A stretch of DNA of 32,000 bases, taken from positions 3,268,547 through 3,300,546 of the forward strand of contig CP113000.1 of NCBI GenBank assembly GCA_026625185.1, read 5' to 3'. Shown piece by piece: positions 15,929 to 25,065 of this stretch. Every line of letters starts with the position of its first letter. Positions within the stretch are counted from its first letter, which is position 1. The position numbers and the translations under genes were made by a program. The notes below the pieces were generated by a model that made no database searches, was not told the origin of the DNA, and saw nothing but the letters and a program-made list of their open reading frames with translations. The DNA is from Thermodesulfobacteriota bacterium (GTDB lineage: Bacteria; Desulfobacterota; WTBG01; JAGOGO01).

Positions 15929-16723
15929 GTGAAAATCGGGAAACAAATCCGCTTAGAACGCATCATTGATCGAAATTCAGGAAAAACGGTAATAATACCC
16001 ATGGACCATGGAATCAGCATCGGTCCGGTGGAGGGACTCGTCGATTGGAAATCTACGGTCAACGCTGTAGCTGAAGGGGGAGCAAATGCGATTGTAATCC
16101 ACAAAGGTTTGGTGGAAACCGGTCACCGTGGAGGGGGAAAAGATTTAGGGCTTATAATTCATATGTCGGCCAGCACTTCTTTAGCTCCGGATCCGAATTC
16201 CAAAACATTAATCTGCACCATAGAAGAAGCGATTGAAATAGGAGCAGACGCGGTTTCGATTCATGTAAATATCGGAGCTGAGGATGAGAAAATTATGCTC
16301 AGTGATTTGGGGGAGGTATCTCGTGAAGCAAGGAAATGGGGTTTTCCCCTTTTAGCAATGATTTACACCCGTGGCCCGAAAATCAAGAACCAATATGATC
16401 CGGAACTAGTAAAACATGCTGCCCGGGTTGGGGCTGAATTGGGCGCAGATATTGTCAAAGTTCCTTACACGGGATCGCCGGAAACATTTCGTAAGGTTGT
16501 CGAGGGTTGTTTTGTTCCGGTGGTGATTGCGGGTGGAGAGAAGATGGATACTGATGAAGATGTGTTGAAAATGGTAAAAGGTTGTATGGATGCAGGAGGT
16601 GCGGGTGTTTCCATTGGACGAAATGTTTTTCAGCACTCCAGGCCAACAAAAATTGTTGAGGCAATCAGCAAAATTGTTCATCGAGGCATTTCCGTTCAAG
16701 AAGCCTTAAATGTGATGAATTAG
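15929..16723 (+). CDS. Class I aldolase, DhnA/FbaB family (fructose-bisphosphate aldolase or ADH synthase AroA'-like)
   Basis: I place the start at the GTG at 15929, 5 nt after AAAGGAGG. The ORF-track start at 15845 is a TTG with no RBS. Motifs: [23 protein letters not shown], and a probable Schiff-base Lys in [11 protein letters not shown]. Confidence 0.8.
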   Translation: MKIGKQIRLERIIDRNSGKTVIIPMDHGISIGPVEGLVDWKSTVNAVAEGGANAIVIHKGLVETGHRGGGKDLGLIIHMSASTSLAPDPNSKTLICTIEEAIEIGADAVSIHVNIGAEDEKIMLSDLGEVSREARKWGFPLLAMIYTRGPKIKNQYDPELVKHAARVGAELGADIVKVPYTGSPETFRKVVEGCFVPVVIAGGEKMDTDEDVLKMVKGCMDAGGAGVSIGRNVFQHSRPTKIVEAISKIVHRGISVQEALNVMN

Positions 16724-17139
16724 ACTTTTTTGGCAGGCAAAGGAACAAATTTTTGACTCCCCTCAACTCCATAAAATTAATTGAGAGGTTAGCTTTAATC
16801 TCATTTTTTATTGCTTTCCAAATTGTATAGTTTTTGTATTGTAAACAACCCATAGCAGGGCAAAACAAATTAAAGGCGCTCTGAGCAAAACCGGTGTGTT
16901 TCTTGGTTGAAAATAGCTCGTTTTTTTTTCAAAAAATAGGCAAAAAACTTTTTGCTATTGTGAAGTAACCATGGTTGTCTTTTGTATTATTTAATATGAA
17001 TCCTTATCTTTATTATTAACCATGGGGGGTATTACGATCCTTGGTGCTGGTTCTCTTATTGGTGGGGTGGGGTCAGCTTCCGTTATTACCATCATCATTG
17101 AACCTTATAATCTTCAAAATCGAATTTATTTTATTATGT

Positions 17140-17147
17140 CCCCCCCC
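17140..17147 (+). repeat. C8 homopolymer tract
   Basis: Eight consecutive C residues lie immediately upstream of the putative lipoprotein start codons (17149 and 17161). Confidence 0.9.
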
Positions 17148-17160
17148 AATGGTGATTGCC

Positions 17161-17589
17161 ATGACAAGCCTACTAAGATATGAACAGTTTTTAATAACAA
17201 CAGTTTTGGTAATGCTCCTTTCCCTTAGCTGTGGATGCGCACCGAAAATGCTTGTGCCTCCTGACCTGCCGTCTGAACAACGAGCACATATAAGGGGAAC
17301 CTTTGGGGGAGCTGTTTTCATGGGAGCCCAATTAGTTGCTATTAATGGAGAGATGTTGACATCTGAAAATGCGGCCTATATTCCCCCGGGCAAGCACACG
17401 GTTAAGCTTCAATATAATCGCCCGAGTGACGGCTTCGTTGGACCGGTAGAACTCCAATTTGAGGCTGAGTCCGGACACGAATACATAGCTAAATGGCATT
17501 ATTCCTGGTCAAAATCATACTATTACTTTTCCATAGTGGATGCCGAGAACGGTAAGGTGGTTGTGAGCGGGGGTGAGACCCCGCCCTGA
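17161..17589 (+). CDS. Putative secreted protein or lipoprotein, function unknown
   Basis: From the ATG at 17161 the sequence is MTSLLRYEQFLITTVLVMLLSLSCGCAPK. This is a signal peptide with an imperfect lipobox. An alternative ATG lies at 17149. The longer ORF-track start at 17041 is a TTG running through low-complexity sequence. Confidence 0.55.
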   Translation: MTSLLRYEQFLITTVLVMLLSLSCGCAPKMLVPPDLPSEQRAHIRGTFGGAVFMGAQLVAINGEMLTSENAAYIPPGKHTVKLQYNRPSDGFVGPVELQFEAESGHEYIAKWHYSWSKSYYYFSIVDAENGKVVVSGGETPP

Positions 17590-17817
17590 TTGTTTGAAAT
17601 AATTAATCTGGATTTTGGAACAGTTATCGGATCGTGGTAAGCGATCCGGTGAGAAATCTTTCCATTTGTTATGTTGGTGAGGATAGATTCGAGAAGAGCC
17701 TTTTTTTGATTGTTTAAATTAAACCGGTTCTGTATTATTGAAAAAGCCAACCGGCGGTGAGGTTCTGTCTTACCACCATTTTGTTGCTCCTCATATGCCA
17801 AACTAAAAGGGAATCCA

Positions 17818-18939
17818 ATGGAAAAAAGCAGTACGCGTAATGCTCGTGAACGTAAGAAAGCCGAAGAGGCGCTGAAAGCCTCAGAAGAAAAATACAGAAC
17901 GCTAGTAGAGAGTTCCACAGATGCTATCTTCAGATTGGATCAGGAGAGAAAAATCATTTCCTGCAATCGAGCATTTTATCACCTTTTCGGTTTCGATAAA
18001 AATGAAATAGAGGGAAAATCCGTACGAATCATCTATCCGTCTGATGAGAGTTTTAAGACCATTGGGGACGTGGCATACCCGGTGATTGATCAAAAAGGCT
18101 TTTGCAGAATTGAGTGGAATTGTATGCGTAAGGATGGGACGGTCTTCCCGGTTGAAATGGTTGTATCAGCCATTAAATCCCCCGATGGGGTTACAACAGG
18201 TTATGTTGATATTGTAAGGGACATCACCGAACGCAAAAAAATGGAACAAGAGATCAAGCTCGCAAACCGGGAACTGGAGTCCTTCAGCTATACTGTTTCT
18301 CACGATCTGCATGCGCCGCTGCTCAATATTGCCGGTTTTGCAAAATTGTTACAGAAATCTGCCTCCGGCACTCTAAATGAAAAAAGTCAACAGTATCTCA
18401 CCGTTATCCAGGAGTCGGCAAAACGGATGGAAGATTTGATCAATGATCTTTTAGGATTCTCCCGTATCGGTCATGTTGAAATGCAAAAGGTACCAACCAG
18501 CCTTGAAAAGCTTACCAAAGAAGTCTTAGACACCTTTCAACCGGAGACAAAAGGGCGTGATATTACCTGTAAGATTAGTCCCCTCCCGGAAGTTTATGGT
18601 GACCCTTCGATGCTTCGGGTAGTTCTTACCAATATAATCTCGAATGCCCTTAAATATACCCGCCCACGCCAGCAGACCGTAATAGAAATCGGCTGCGGGC
18701 TTGCAGGAGACAAAGAAACAGTCATTTTCGTCCGGGATAATGGTGTTGGGTTTAACATGGAATCCGTTGACAAACTGTTTGGCGTTTTTCAGCGCCTTCA
18801 TTCCGCCAAGGAGTTTGATGGCACTGGTATCGGGCTTGCCACGGTTCAGCGGATCATACAGCGCCATGGAGGCCGCGTATGGGCTGAGGGGGCAGTGGAT
18901 GAGGGCGCAACCTTTTATTTTTCTCTGCCCAAAAAGTAA
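17818..18939 (+). CDS. Cytoplasmic PAS-domain sensor histidine kinase
   Basis: 373 aa with no TM segment. A PAS domain (residues about 25-140) is followed by HisKA with the phospho-His motif FSYTVSHDLHAPL. The HATPase_c N, G1 and G2 boxes are present (NALKYT, DNGVGF, GTGIGLA). Confidence 0.85.
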   Translation: MEKSSTRNARERKKAEEALKASEEKYRTLVESSTDAIFRLDQERKIISCNRAFYHLFGFDKNEIEGKSVRIIYPSDESFKTIGDVAYPVIDQKGFCRIEWNCMRKDGTVFPVEMVVSAIKSPDGVTTGYVDIVRDITERKKMEQEIKLANRELESFSYTVSHDLHAPLLNIAGFAKLLQKSASGTLNEKSQQYLTVIQESAKRMEDLINDLLGFSRIGHVEMQKVPTSLEKLTKEVLDTFQPETKGRDITCKISPLPEVYGDPSMLRVVLTNIISNALKYTRPRQQTVIEIGCGLAGDKETVIFVRDNGVGFNMESVDKLFGVFQRLHSAKEFDGTGIGLATVQRIIQRHGGRVWAEGAVDEGATFYFSLPKK

Positions 18940-19145
18940 ATAAAAAGGTTTTTTATCCACAGATACGGACGCATTGCAAAAAATACATTTTTTACCATCC
19001 CGCTCCTTACTCTTTACACCTTATACCAGGTTGCATTCAACAGCAGACCGAGGCGGCGACGAGGAATCGACGTCGAGGAGTATGCCGGGGAGACAACAAA
19101 GATATGCACATGAAGGCGACTTGATATTACACCTCACGCTTTACG

Positions 19146-19514
19146 CTATTCAATCTTGGACCAGAATTTAAAAAGGTTTTCCACCCATTCCTCAAAAGAA
19201 AGATACTTGCCGGACCGGTGATCATAACGAGGCGTGAGAAGCCTTTTGTTTCCTTCCTGCCTTTGCTCATCAGCCTTTTTCCCCAGAAAAACTTTGAGTT
19301 CCTCTTTTGAAATCCCAAAGTCTTGGGCAAGCTTTTTTGCCCCCACAGCGTTCCGGTTAACCGCAGCCATCTGCCAGAGCGCCTCAAACTTGATCTCTCT
19401 GATCTCCTCTGGTCGCAAACCCAGCTCCAAAGCAACTACAACTGCCCGCTCAAAGTTTCTCTGCTCAATCTCTAATTTAAATTTTTCCTGAGTTGCCTTT
19501 TCTTCCATAAACAA
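19146..19514 (-). CDS. Hypothetical protein
   Basis: 122-aa ORF, charged and probably helical. I recognise no motif. It is the only long ORF in this interval. Confidence 0.45.
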   Translation of the reverse strand: MFMEEKATQEKFKLEIEQRNFERAVVVALELGLRPEEIREIKFEALWQMAAVNRNAVGAKKLAQDFGISKEELKVFLGKKADEQRQEGNKRLLTPRYDHRSGKYLSFEEWVENLFKFWSKIE

Positions 19515-19686
19515 AAAATGACCTTTAGAAGGTTAATTCTGTCTTGAGAAAAAATCGTTTTTTATTCTGTTTCACATATCCATTAAATTTTTTAAGAATA
19601 TCCGATAACTTCTTGACAATCCTATTAAAAACATTTTATTTTTACAATATAAATTTTTCTTAAAATGTAAGCTTAAGGAAAAAATA

Positions 19687-20044
19687 ATGACCGGCCATAA
19701 TCAAGAAGATCATCGTCCTTGGGGGTATTTTCTAGTTCTCTCTGACCAGCCCGACCATAAAGTAAAGCGGATTGTGGGTTTATCCTGGCCACCGTCTCAG
19801 TCTTCAGCGCCATACAAAAAGGAGGGAGCACTGGTTTATCATTGACGGAGAAGCAATCGTGACAAAGGATGACGAAGATATTAACCTGCGTGGTGGCCAA
19901 GCCATTGATATCCCAGCAGGAACGTGGCATCGAGTCAAAAACTTCGGAGTGCGAGACTTGGTCTTGATTGAAATCTAAACCGGAAAATACTTTGGTGAGG
20001 ATGATATCGAGCGAAAAGAAGATGATTATGGACGAATTCTATAA
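19687..20044 (+). pseudogene. Cupin-type mannose-6-phosphate isomerase (type II PMI C-terminal domain-like), disrupted
   Basis: MTGHNQEDHRPWGYFLVL..KVKRI is in one frame. VYPGHRLSLQRHTKRREHWFIIDGEA...GTWHRVKNFG..LVLIEI is in the next frame, implying a 1-nt indel near 19770. A TAA then sits where Q is expected, before GKYFGEDDIERKEDDYGR. Confidence 0.75.
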
Positions 20045-20155
20045 TAAAGGATGCCCGAAGGACGGGAAAATTTTACTAGATAGTGATTGTTGATCAATCA
20101 CGATCAAATTTATTAATCGGAATTTCTACCTTCGGCAAAAAATAGTTGGCGCTCA

Positions 20156-20734
20156 TTACTGATACACACAATAGCCGACAATAAGCCACCGTCCATCTTC
20201 TTGCTTAAAGTCAAACGTGGTCTTCCATTTATAGGAAGACTCGACCACTACCGACGTTACCCCTGCTTTCTCTGACAGCTCGGAAATTCGCATTCCTTGA
20301 ATAAACTCTGGATCATACTCATATTCCTGAGCGCAGAAAAAGATATCCATATCTTCAACCTCCATCATTGGCCCTCTTCCATCTTTAGCCAGTTCATCAA
20401 ACTCACTTTGAGGAAGAGCGTTAAACTGAGCCTCATACTTTTTATAATACCGGGCGATTGCCTCGGGAAATTGCTTTGAGAAAAGCCCGCTCTTCATGAA
20501 TTCACGGGAAAATTCATCCAAGGTTTTCATGTCAAGGTAAAACCGGGTACTTCCCTCGACATTCCGAATGCGCGGCTCCAACGCTGAAACCTTGGCATGA
20601 TTCGCCAGTACCCACATATAGAAATCCTTGACCCTCGCCAGCAAAACCTTAGCAGTCGCAACATCAGCAAAGGCCGAGAAACAGACAAGGAGTACCCCAA
20701 CAACCACCATTATTTTTATTTTCATCATCTTCAT
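20156..20734 (-). CDS. Secreted protein of unknown function (possibly DUF3828-like)
   Basis: 192 aa with a signal peptide (MKMMKIKIMVVVGVLLVCFSAFA). The FFCAQEYEYD motif resembles DUF3828, but this is a weak memory-based call. Confidence 0.55.
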   Translation of the reverse strand: MKMMKIKIMVVVGVLLVCFSAFADVATAKVLLARVKDFYMWVLANHAKVSALEPRIRNVEGSTRFYLDMKTLDEFSREFMKSGLFSKQFPEAIARYYKKYEAQFNALPQSEFDELAKDGRGPMMEVEDMDIFFCAQEYEYDPEFIQGMRISELSEKAGVTSVVVESSYKWKTTFDFKQEDGRWLIVGYCVYQ

Positions 20735-20829
20735 GGGTTCGTCCTTTTAAACCCACTTATTCCGCGCCGGGCTGCCTTCGATCATGTGTTGACAGGATTA
20801 ATGAACGCAAACAAAAAGGTCGCTTGTGC

Positions 20830-22614
20830 TTAATGGTTGAGCTTAAAATCTCTAAGCTCTTCCGGGAAGCGGGAGAATAATTCCTGGTGAAGAAAATCTT
20901 CTACTTCTTGAGTGATGGAAAACTTGAGAATTTTATTTACCATCTGCTGGCATTCCCGATAATAGGTGGAACGAATAATCTTTTTTACTTTTAATAAAGA
21001 AAGCGCGTTCATACTCAATTCATCAATCCCAAACCCCAAAAGAATCGGCGTATAAAAAGGTTCCCCGGCCATTTCACCGCACATGCTGACCCTTATCCCT
21101 TCAGCGTGCGCGGCATCCACCGTCCTTTTTATAAATCTTAAGACCGCTGGATGCAGGGGTTTATAAAGATGGGAAACGTGTTCATTCACCCGGTCAATAG
21201 CGAGAAGATACTGAATAAGGTCATTGGTGCCGATGCTGAAAAAATCTACCTCCTTCGCTAAGAGATCAGCAATCACGACCGCCGAGGGAATCTCGATCAT
21301 CACCCCCACTTCTATAGCCGGGTCAAAGGGTTGTCCTTTTGCTTTTAACTCCTCTTTAACGTCCGCGATAAGGTCTTTGATCTGATAAATTTCCTGCATT
21401 CCGGAAACCATGGGAAAAAGAATGCGGACTTTTCCCAACGCGCTGGAGCGCAAAATCGCCCGAATCTGGGTTTTGAAAATATCAACTTCCCGGAGTCCCA
21501 GCCGAATCGCCCTCAGTCCTAAAGCAGGATTCATCTCCCGGGCCACATTTATCCGCGAGATAAATTTATCGCCTCCGAGGTCAAAGGTACGAATGGTAGT
21601 TGGGTTGGGAGAGATTTTCTCGATCACCTTTCGGTAAGTCTGGAAATGTTGCTCCTCCGAAGGAAGGTCCGGACGATTAAGATAAAGAAATTCGGTCCGG
21701 TAAAGCCCAATCCCTTCGGCGCCGTGGTGAAGAACCGAAGGCAACTCCTCAGTGATTTCAATGTTGGCTAAGAGTCGGATACGATATCCATCCCGGGTTT
21801 CCGCCAACAATGGCTTAAACTTAAGAAGCTCTTTTTCGAAGTAATCGTATTTTTCCTTTTTCGCCCGATAGTCATTAAAAACGCTTTGAGAAGGATGAAT
21901 GATGACTTCCCCGGAAATGCCATCCACAATAATCGAATCGCCACTTTGAATCTGTCGGGTAACTGTTTCTAAACCAACTACTGCCGGAATCTGTAAGGCG
22001 CGGGCCATAATAGCGGTGTGAGACGTTCTGCCTCCAACATCAGTGATAAACCCAAGGACCTTCTCCAGATCCAAGTGAGCGGAATCTGCGGGAGACAAAT
22101 CATGAGCCACAATAATTACCTTTTCCGATACCTTGCAACGATCGATTTTTTCTTCTCCAATCAGGTTCTTTAAAATACACTGCCCCACGTAGTCAAGGTC
22201 GGTTTTTCGTTCCCTTAAATAATTGTCTTCAATCTCGGAAAAAGCCTTCTGTAAGTTATTAAGAACGCTCTTCAAAGCCCAGGCCGCATTAATCTTTTCT
22301 TTTCGAATGTGATTGGTAGTCTCTTTAATTAACAATTTGTCTTCTAAAATCATCAAATACGCATCAATAATAAAACCACCTTTTTTAAAACCCTTTTTCC
22401 GTATATCCTTCTTGGTCTCTAAAAATTGATTTCGGGTGGTTTCAATCGCCTTGAGAAATACCTTTATCTCTTTTTCAATTTCATCTTTCTCCAGCAAAGA
22501 AAACGTAGGAACTTCAACCTTTCCCTGTTCAACCAGAAAAGCTTTACCCAGAATGATCCCCGAAGAAACTCCTATTCCCTGAAGGCGAACATCTTGTGTC
22601 GGCTGAGATTGCAT
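20830..22614 (-). CDS. ptsI: Phosphoenolpyruvate-protein phosphotransferase (PTS enzyme I)
   Basis: 594 aa. The phospho-His region is GGRTSHTAIMARALQIPAVVG. The PEP-utilising TIM barrel carries GLYRTEFLY and the catalytic Cys in SMCGEMAG. Confidence 0.9.
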   Translation of the reverse strand: MQSQPTQDVRLQGIGVSSGIILGKAFLVEQGKVEVPTFSLLEKDEIEKEIKVFLKAIETTRNQFLETKKDIRKKGFKKGGFIIDAYLMILEDKLLIKETTNHIRKEKINAAWALKSVLNNLQKAFSEIEDNYLRERKTDLDYVGQCILKNLIGEEKIDRCKVSEKVIIVAHDLSPADSAHLDLEKVLGFITDVGGRTSHTAIMARALQIPAVVGLETVTRQIQSGDSIIVDGISGEVIIHPSQSVFNDYRAKKEKYDYFEKELLKFKPLLAETRDGYRIRLLANIEITEELPSVLHHGAEGIGLYRTEFLYLNRPDLPSEEQHFQTYRKVIEKISPNPTTIRTFDLGGDKFISRINVAREMNPALGLRAIRLGLREVDIFKTQIRAILRSSALGKVRILFPMVSGMQEIYQIKDLIADVKEELKAKGQPFDPAIEVGVMIEIPSAVVIADLLAKEVDFFSIGTNDLIQYLLAIDRVNEHVSHLYKPLHPAVLRFIKRTVDAAHAEGIRVSMCGEMAGEPFYTPILLGFGIDELSMNALSLLKVKKIIRSTYYRECQQMVNKILKFSITQEVEDFLHQELFSRFPEELRDFKLNH

Positions 22615-22673
22615 TGCAATGACCTTTGAAAATTAAAAATACGCCGCTTTAGGGTTTAAGATTAAACCATAGT

Positions 22674-23390
22674 TCATTCTTTTTTTAAAGGCAACACTTT
22701 TTCTGAATAGCCCTTACTCGCCATTAAAACCGTAAACTCACCTTTTATCTTTCGTCCGCTCAGTGTTTTTAAAACGTCAGAAAGCGGCCCTCGGATGACC
22801 TCTTCATATCGTTTTGTAAGCTCGCGGGCAACCACCACCCACCGCTCGCCGTAACTATCTAAAAAGTCCTGCAGAGTTGCTACAATACGATAGGGGGACT
22901 CGTAGAAAATAAGGGTCCGCTCTTCGTTTTGAAGGCTCTTAATAAATTTTCGTCGAGCAGTTGACTTCTTGGGAAAAAACCCTTCAAAACAAAATCGATC
23001 CGAAGGAAGTCCCGATGCGCTCAAGGCGGTAATGACAGCGGAGACCCCGGGAATTGGTATCACGGGTACAGCATGGTGAAGCGCGAGATTGATGACATAA
23101 TATCCGGGGTCAGAAATACCCGGAGTTCCGGCATCAGAGACTAAAGCGACTGAATTACCGGAAAGGAGGTACTGTAATATTTTTTCTCCTTGACGTTGTT
23201 TATTGTAATCATGATACGAGGTAAGTTCGGTTTTAATATCATAAGCGTTCAAAAGGATCCTGGTCCTTCGCGTATCTTCCGCTGCAATCAGGTTCACCTG
23301 TTTAAGCACATTAATTGCTCGGAACGTGATATCTTCCAAGTGGCCGATCGGAGTGGCAACAATATATAAAGTACCAGGAAAGGTTCCCAT
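22674..23390 (-). CDS. rsmI: 16S rRNA (cytidine1402-2'-O)-methyltransferase
   Basis: The N-terminus GTLYIVATPIGHLEDITFRAINVL matches RsmI, as does VSDAGTPGISDPG. I place the start at Met-58 of the ORF-track translation (23390). The upstream extension overlaps the neighbouring gene. Confidence 0.85.
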   Translation of the reverse strand: MGTFPGTLYIVATPIGHLEDITFRAINVLKQVNLIAAEDTRRTRILLNAYDIKTELTSYHDYNKQRQGEKILQYLLSGNSVALVSDAGTPGISDPGYYVINLALHHAVPVIPIPGVSAVITALSASGLPSDRFCFEGFFPKKSTARRKFIKSLQNEERTLIFYESPYRIVATLQDFLDSYGERWVVVARELTKRYEEVIRGPLSDVLKTLSGRKIKGEFTVLMASKGYSEKVLPLKKE

Positions 23391-23427
23391 AACAATTTTT
23401 TTTACCCGTCTCGTCTGATCTATCAAC

Positions 23428-24195
23428 TTAGGTGGTGTCTTCCCTTCCCGACTGGGATAAAACCTGAAGAACAATGTCAAGAGCCTGCACAAATGTCTCT
23501 TTAAATTTTGGGTTCCCATACCCAGGGTTCCATCCTCGGGCAAAAAGTTCATCCGAGACAACCAGCAAGGCCCCGACCTCTACTCCATAAAAAGCGCCCA
23601 CCTTAAAAAAGGCCGACAGCTCCATTTCAACCGCAATTGCTTTTTTTTGCTGAGCCTTTTTTATTTTTTGTGGTGTTTCCCTAAAGGGAGCATCAGTGGT
23701 CCAGACCCTTCCGCATGTGCACGTTTGCGCTTTTGCTTCACACAATGATTGTATCCTCTTAATAATCCTCGGGCTCGCGTTTATCTTTTTCCCTGGCATA
23801 GGGTAATGGGATGAAGTCCCTTCGTCCGGAATGGAATTTTCGGGAATTACTAAATGCCCGATCCGAAGTTTTTCATCTAAAGACCCGCATGAGCCTACCC
23901 CGATGATGTGACGAGCGCCAAAAGCAATTAAAATTTCAAGCACCATAGCCGCCACAGGTGCGCTCATCACCGGTCCGGCAAAGGTAATGGGTGTATTGTT
24001 GACCGTGAACGTCTGCAAGGAACAGAACTTAAAATTTTTCCGAGACCCCGCGACCGGATGTACTTTGACAAGATGCGAAATCCAATCAAAAGAACCAAAA
24101 ACGACCAAAGCCTGAGGGCAGACCTCGATTTCTCTTAAAAGATCATGTGGCCGGACAATTGGTTTTTTTTGAGAATCACTTTTTTTAATAACCAT
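23428..24195 (-). CDS. PNP/UDP-family nucleoside phosphorylase-like protein
   Basis: 255 aa. GVGSCGSL, the AVEMELSA (EME) motif and the overall length fit the PNP_UDP_1 fold. Substrate is unknown. Confidence 0.7.
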   Translation of the reverse strand: MVIKKSDSQKKPIVRPHDLLREIEVCPQALVVFGSFDWISHLVKVHPVAGSRKNFKFCSLQTFTVNNTPITFAGPVMSAPVAAMVLEILIAFGARHIIGVGSCGSLDEKLRIGHLVIPENSIPDEGTSSHYPMPGKKINASPRIIKRIQSLCEAKAQTCTCGRVWTTDAPFRETPQKIKKAQQKKAIAVEMELSAFFKVGAFYGVEVGALLVVSDELFARGWNPGYGNPKFKETFVQALDIVLQVLSQSGREDTT

Positions 24196-24677
24196 ATCAG
24201 GATTATTTAATAACTAATTGATAGTTTGCCTAACATTTTGATTTTACTGTTTTCCTTATTTTGTAACGATAATCTATTTAATAGCAAAAAAATATTTTTT
24301 CTATTGTTTTTTTGTAAAATAATCCACTATTTTTTATCAAATATTTTTCCCTAAAGCCTAAGAAAAGCCCACGAGTTTTCAAACAATCAAATTTATTAGC
24401 TTTTGCGTATCGAAATTTTTTTGGAACAATTTTCAAAACTGGGATTTACCCATGATCAATGGCATACAAATAACCTATTGAAAAATATTATTTTTTTAAA
24501 AAAAAGTGTTTTTTTCTTGACAATTAATTAAAAATCTAAAAATATTTCCTTTCTTTATTCACTTTTTTGAAGAAGTTAATTTTTTTATTGGAATTATTAA
24601 CTGAAAAAACAAGGTGTTGTCACCTATGTTCTGTGAATATTAAAAAAAGAACTTTTTTATGAAAGGGGTTGGTTGTC

Positions 24678-24965
24678 ATGATTTGCCAAACGTTAAAAAA
24701 GGGTGTAGAATGTATTTTTATGAAACAGAGTGGTTGCGGTTATAATGGAGGCAAGTGTTATAGCATTGTTGAAAGATGCGAAGGGTGTAACCGAATTCAA
24801 GAGTTAGAAACTGGGAAATTTTGCTCTTCGTATGCTGAGCCAGACATGAAATGGAAAAATGGCCAATGCAATTTTGCCACTCACATTGTCAATGAATCTA
24901 CCGCGCCCAAAAAAGTCGTTAATGCCCTTAAGGCTTCCAAACGGAAGGCTACAGGGAAAATGTAA
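24678..24965 (+). CDS. Small cysteine-rich protein, PxxKW-family-like
   Basis: I place the start at the ATG at 24678, after AAAGGGG. It has 8 Cys, including CEGC, and a P-D-M-K-W motif that matches the family name PxxKW as I recall it. A terminator follows. Confidence 0.6.
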   Translation: MICQTLKKGVECIFMKQSGCGYNGGKCYSIVERCEGCNRIQELETGKFCSSYAEPDMKWKNGQCNFATHIVNESTAPKKVVNALKASKRKATGKM

Positions 24966-24984
24966 TTTTGTATTTTTAGCAATT

Positions 24985-25055
24985 TTTCGGGTGGGCGGTT
25001 TAACATATCCCCATTTCCCCTCTTCCCGGCCGTCCCACCCGAAACCATTTTTTTT
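24985..25055 (+). terminator. Long-stem terminator between convergent genes
   Basis: TTTCGGGTGGGCGG pairs with CCGTCCCACCCGAAA (14 bp, one bulge, about a 31-nt loop) and is followed by a T8 run. Confidence 0.5.
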
Positions 25056-25065
25056 CAACCTATCA

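Noticed and set aside
18953-18961. A perfect DnaA box (TTATCCACA) just after the histidine kinase gene.
   Set aside because: It is a single box with no cluster, no adjacent AT-rich unwinding element pattern and no dnaA/dnaN context. One occurrence in 32 kb is close to chance.
22674-23561. ORF-track N-terminal extensions of rsmI (to 23561), porA (9092), the PHP gene (2785), the aldolase (15845), bioB (29624) and the lipoprotein (17041).
   Set aside because: The extensions overlap neighbouring genes or repeats, or use TTG with no RBS. Internal starts align with the conserved family N-termini and with RBSs or coupled stop-start overlaps.
24400-24440. TGGAAC..TTTTCAAA in the AT-rich leader, and TGGAACAGTTATCGG at about 17614, considered as sigma54 promoters.
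   Set aside because: The -12 element (TTGC) is absent in both, and only the GG half-site matches.
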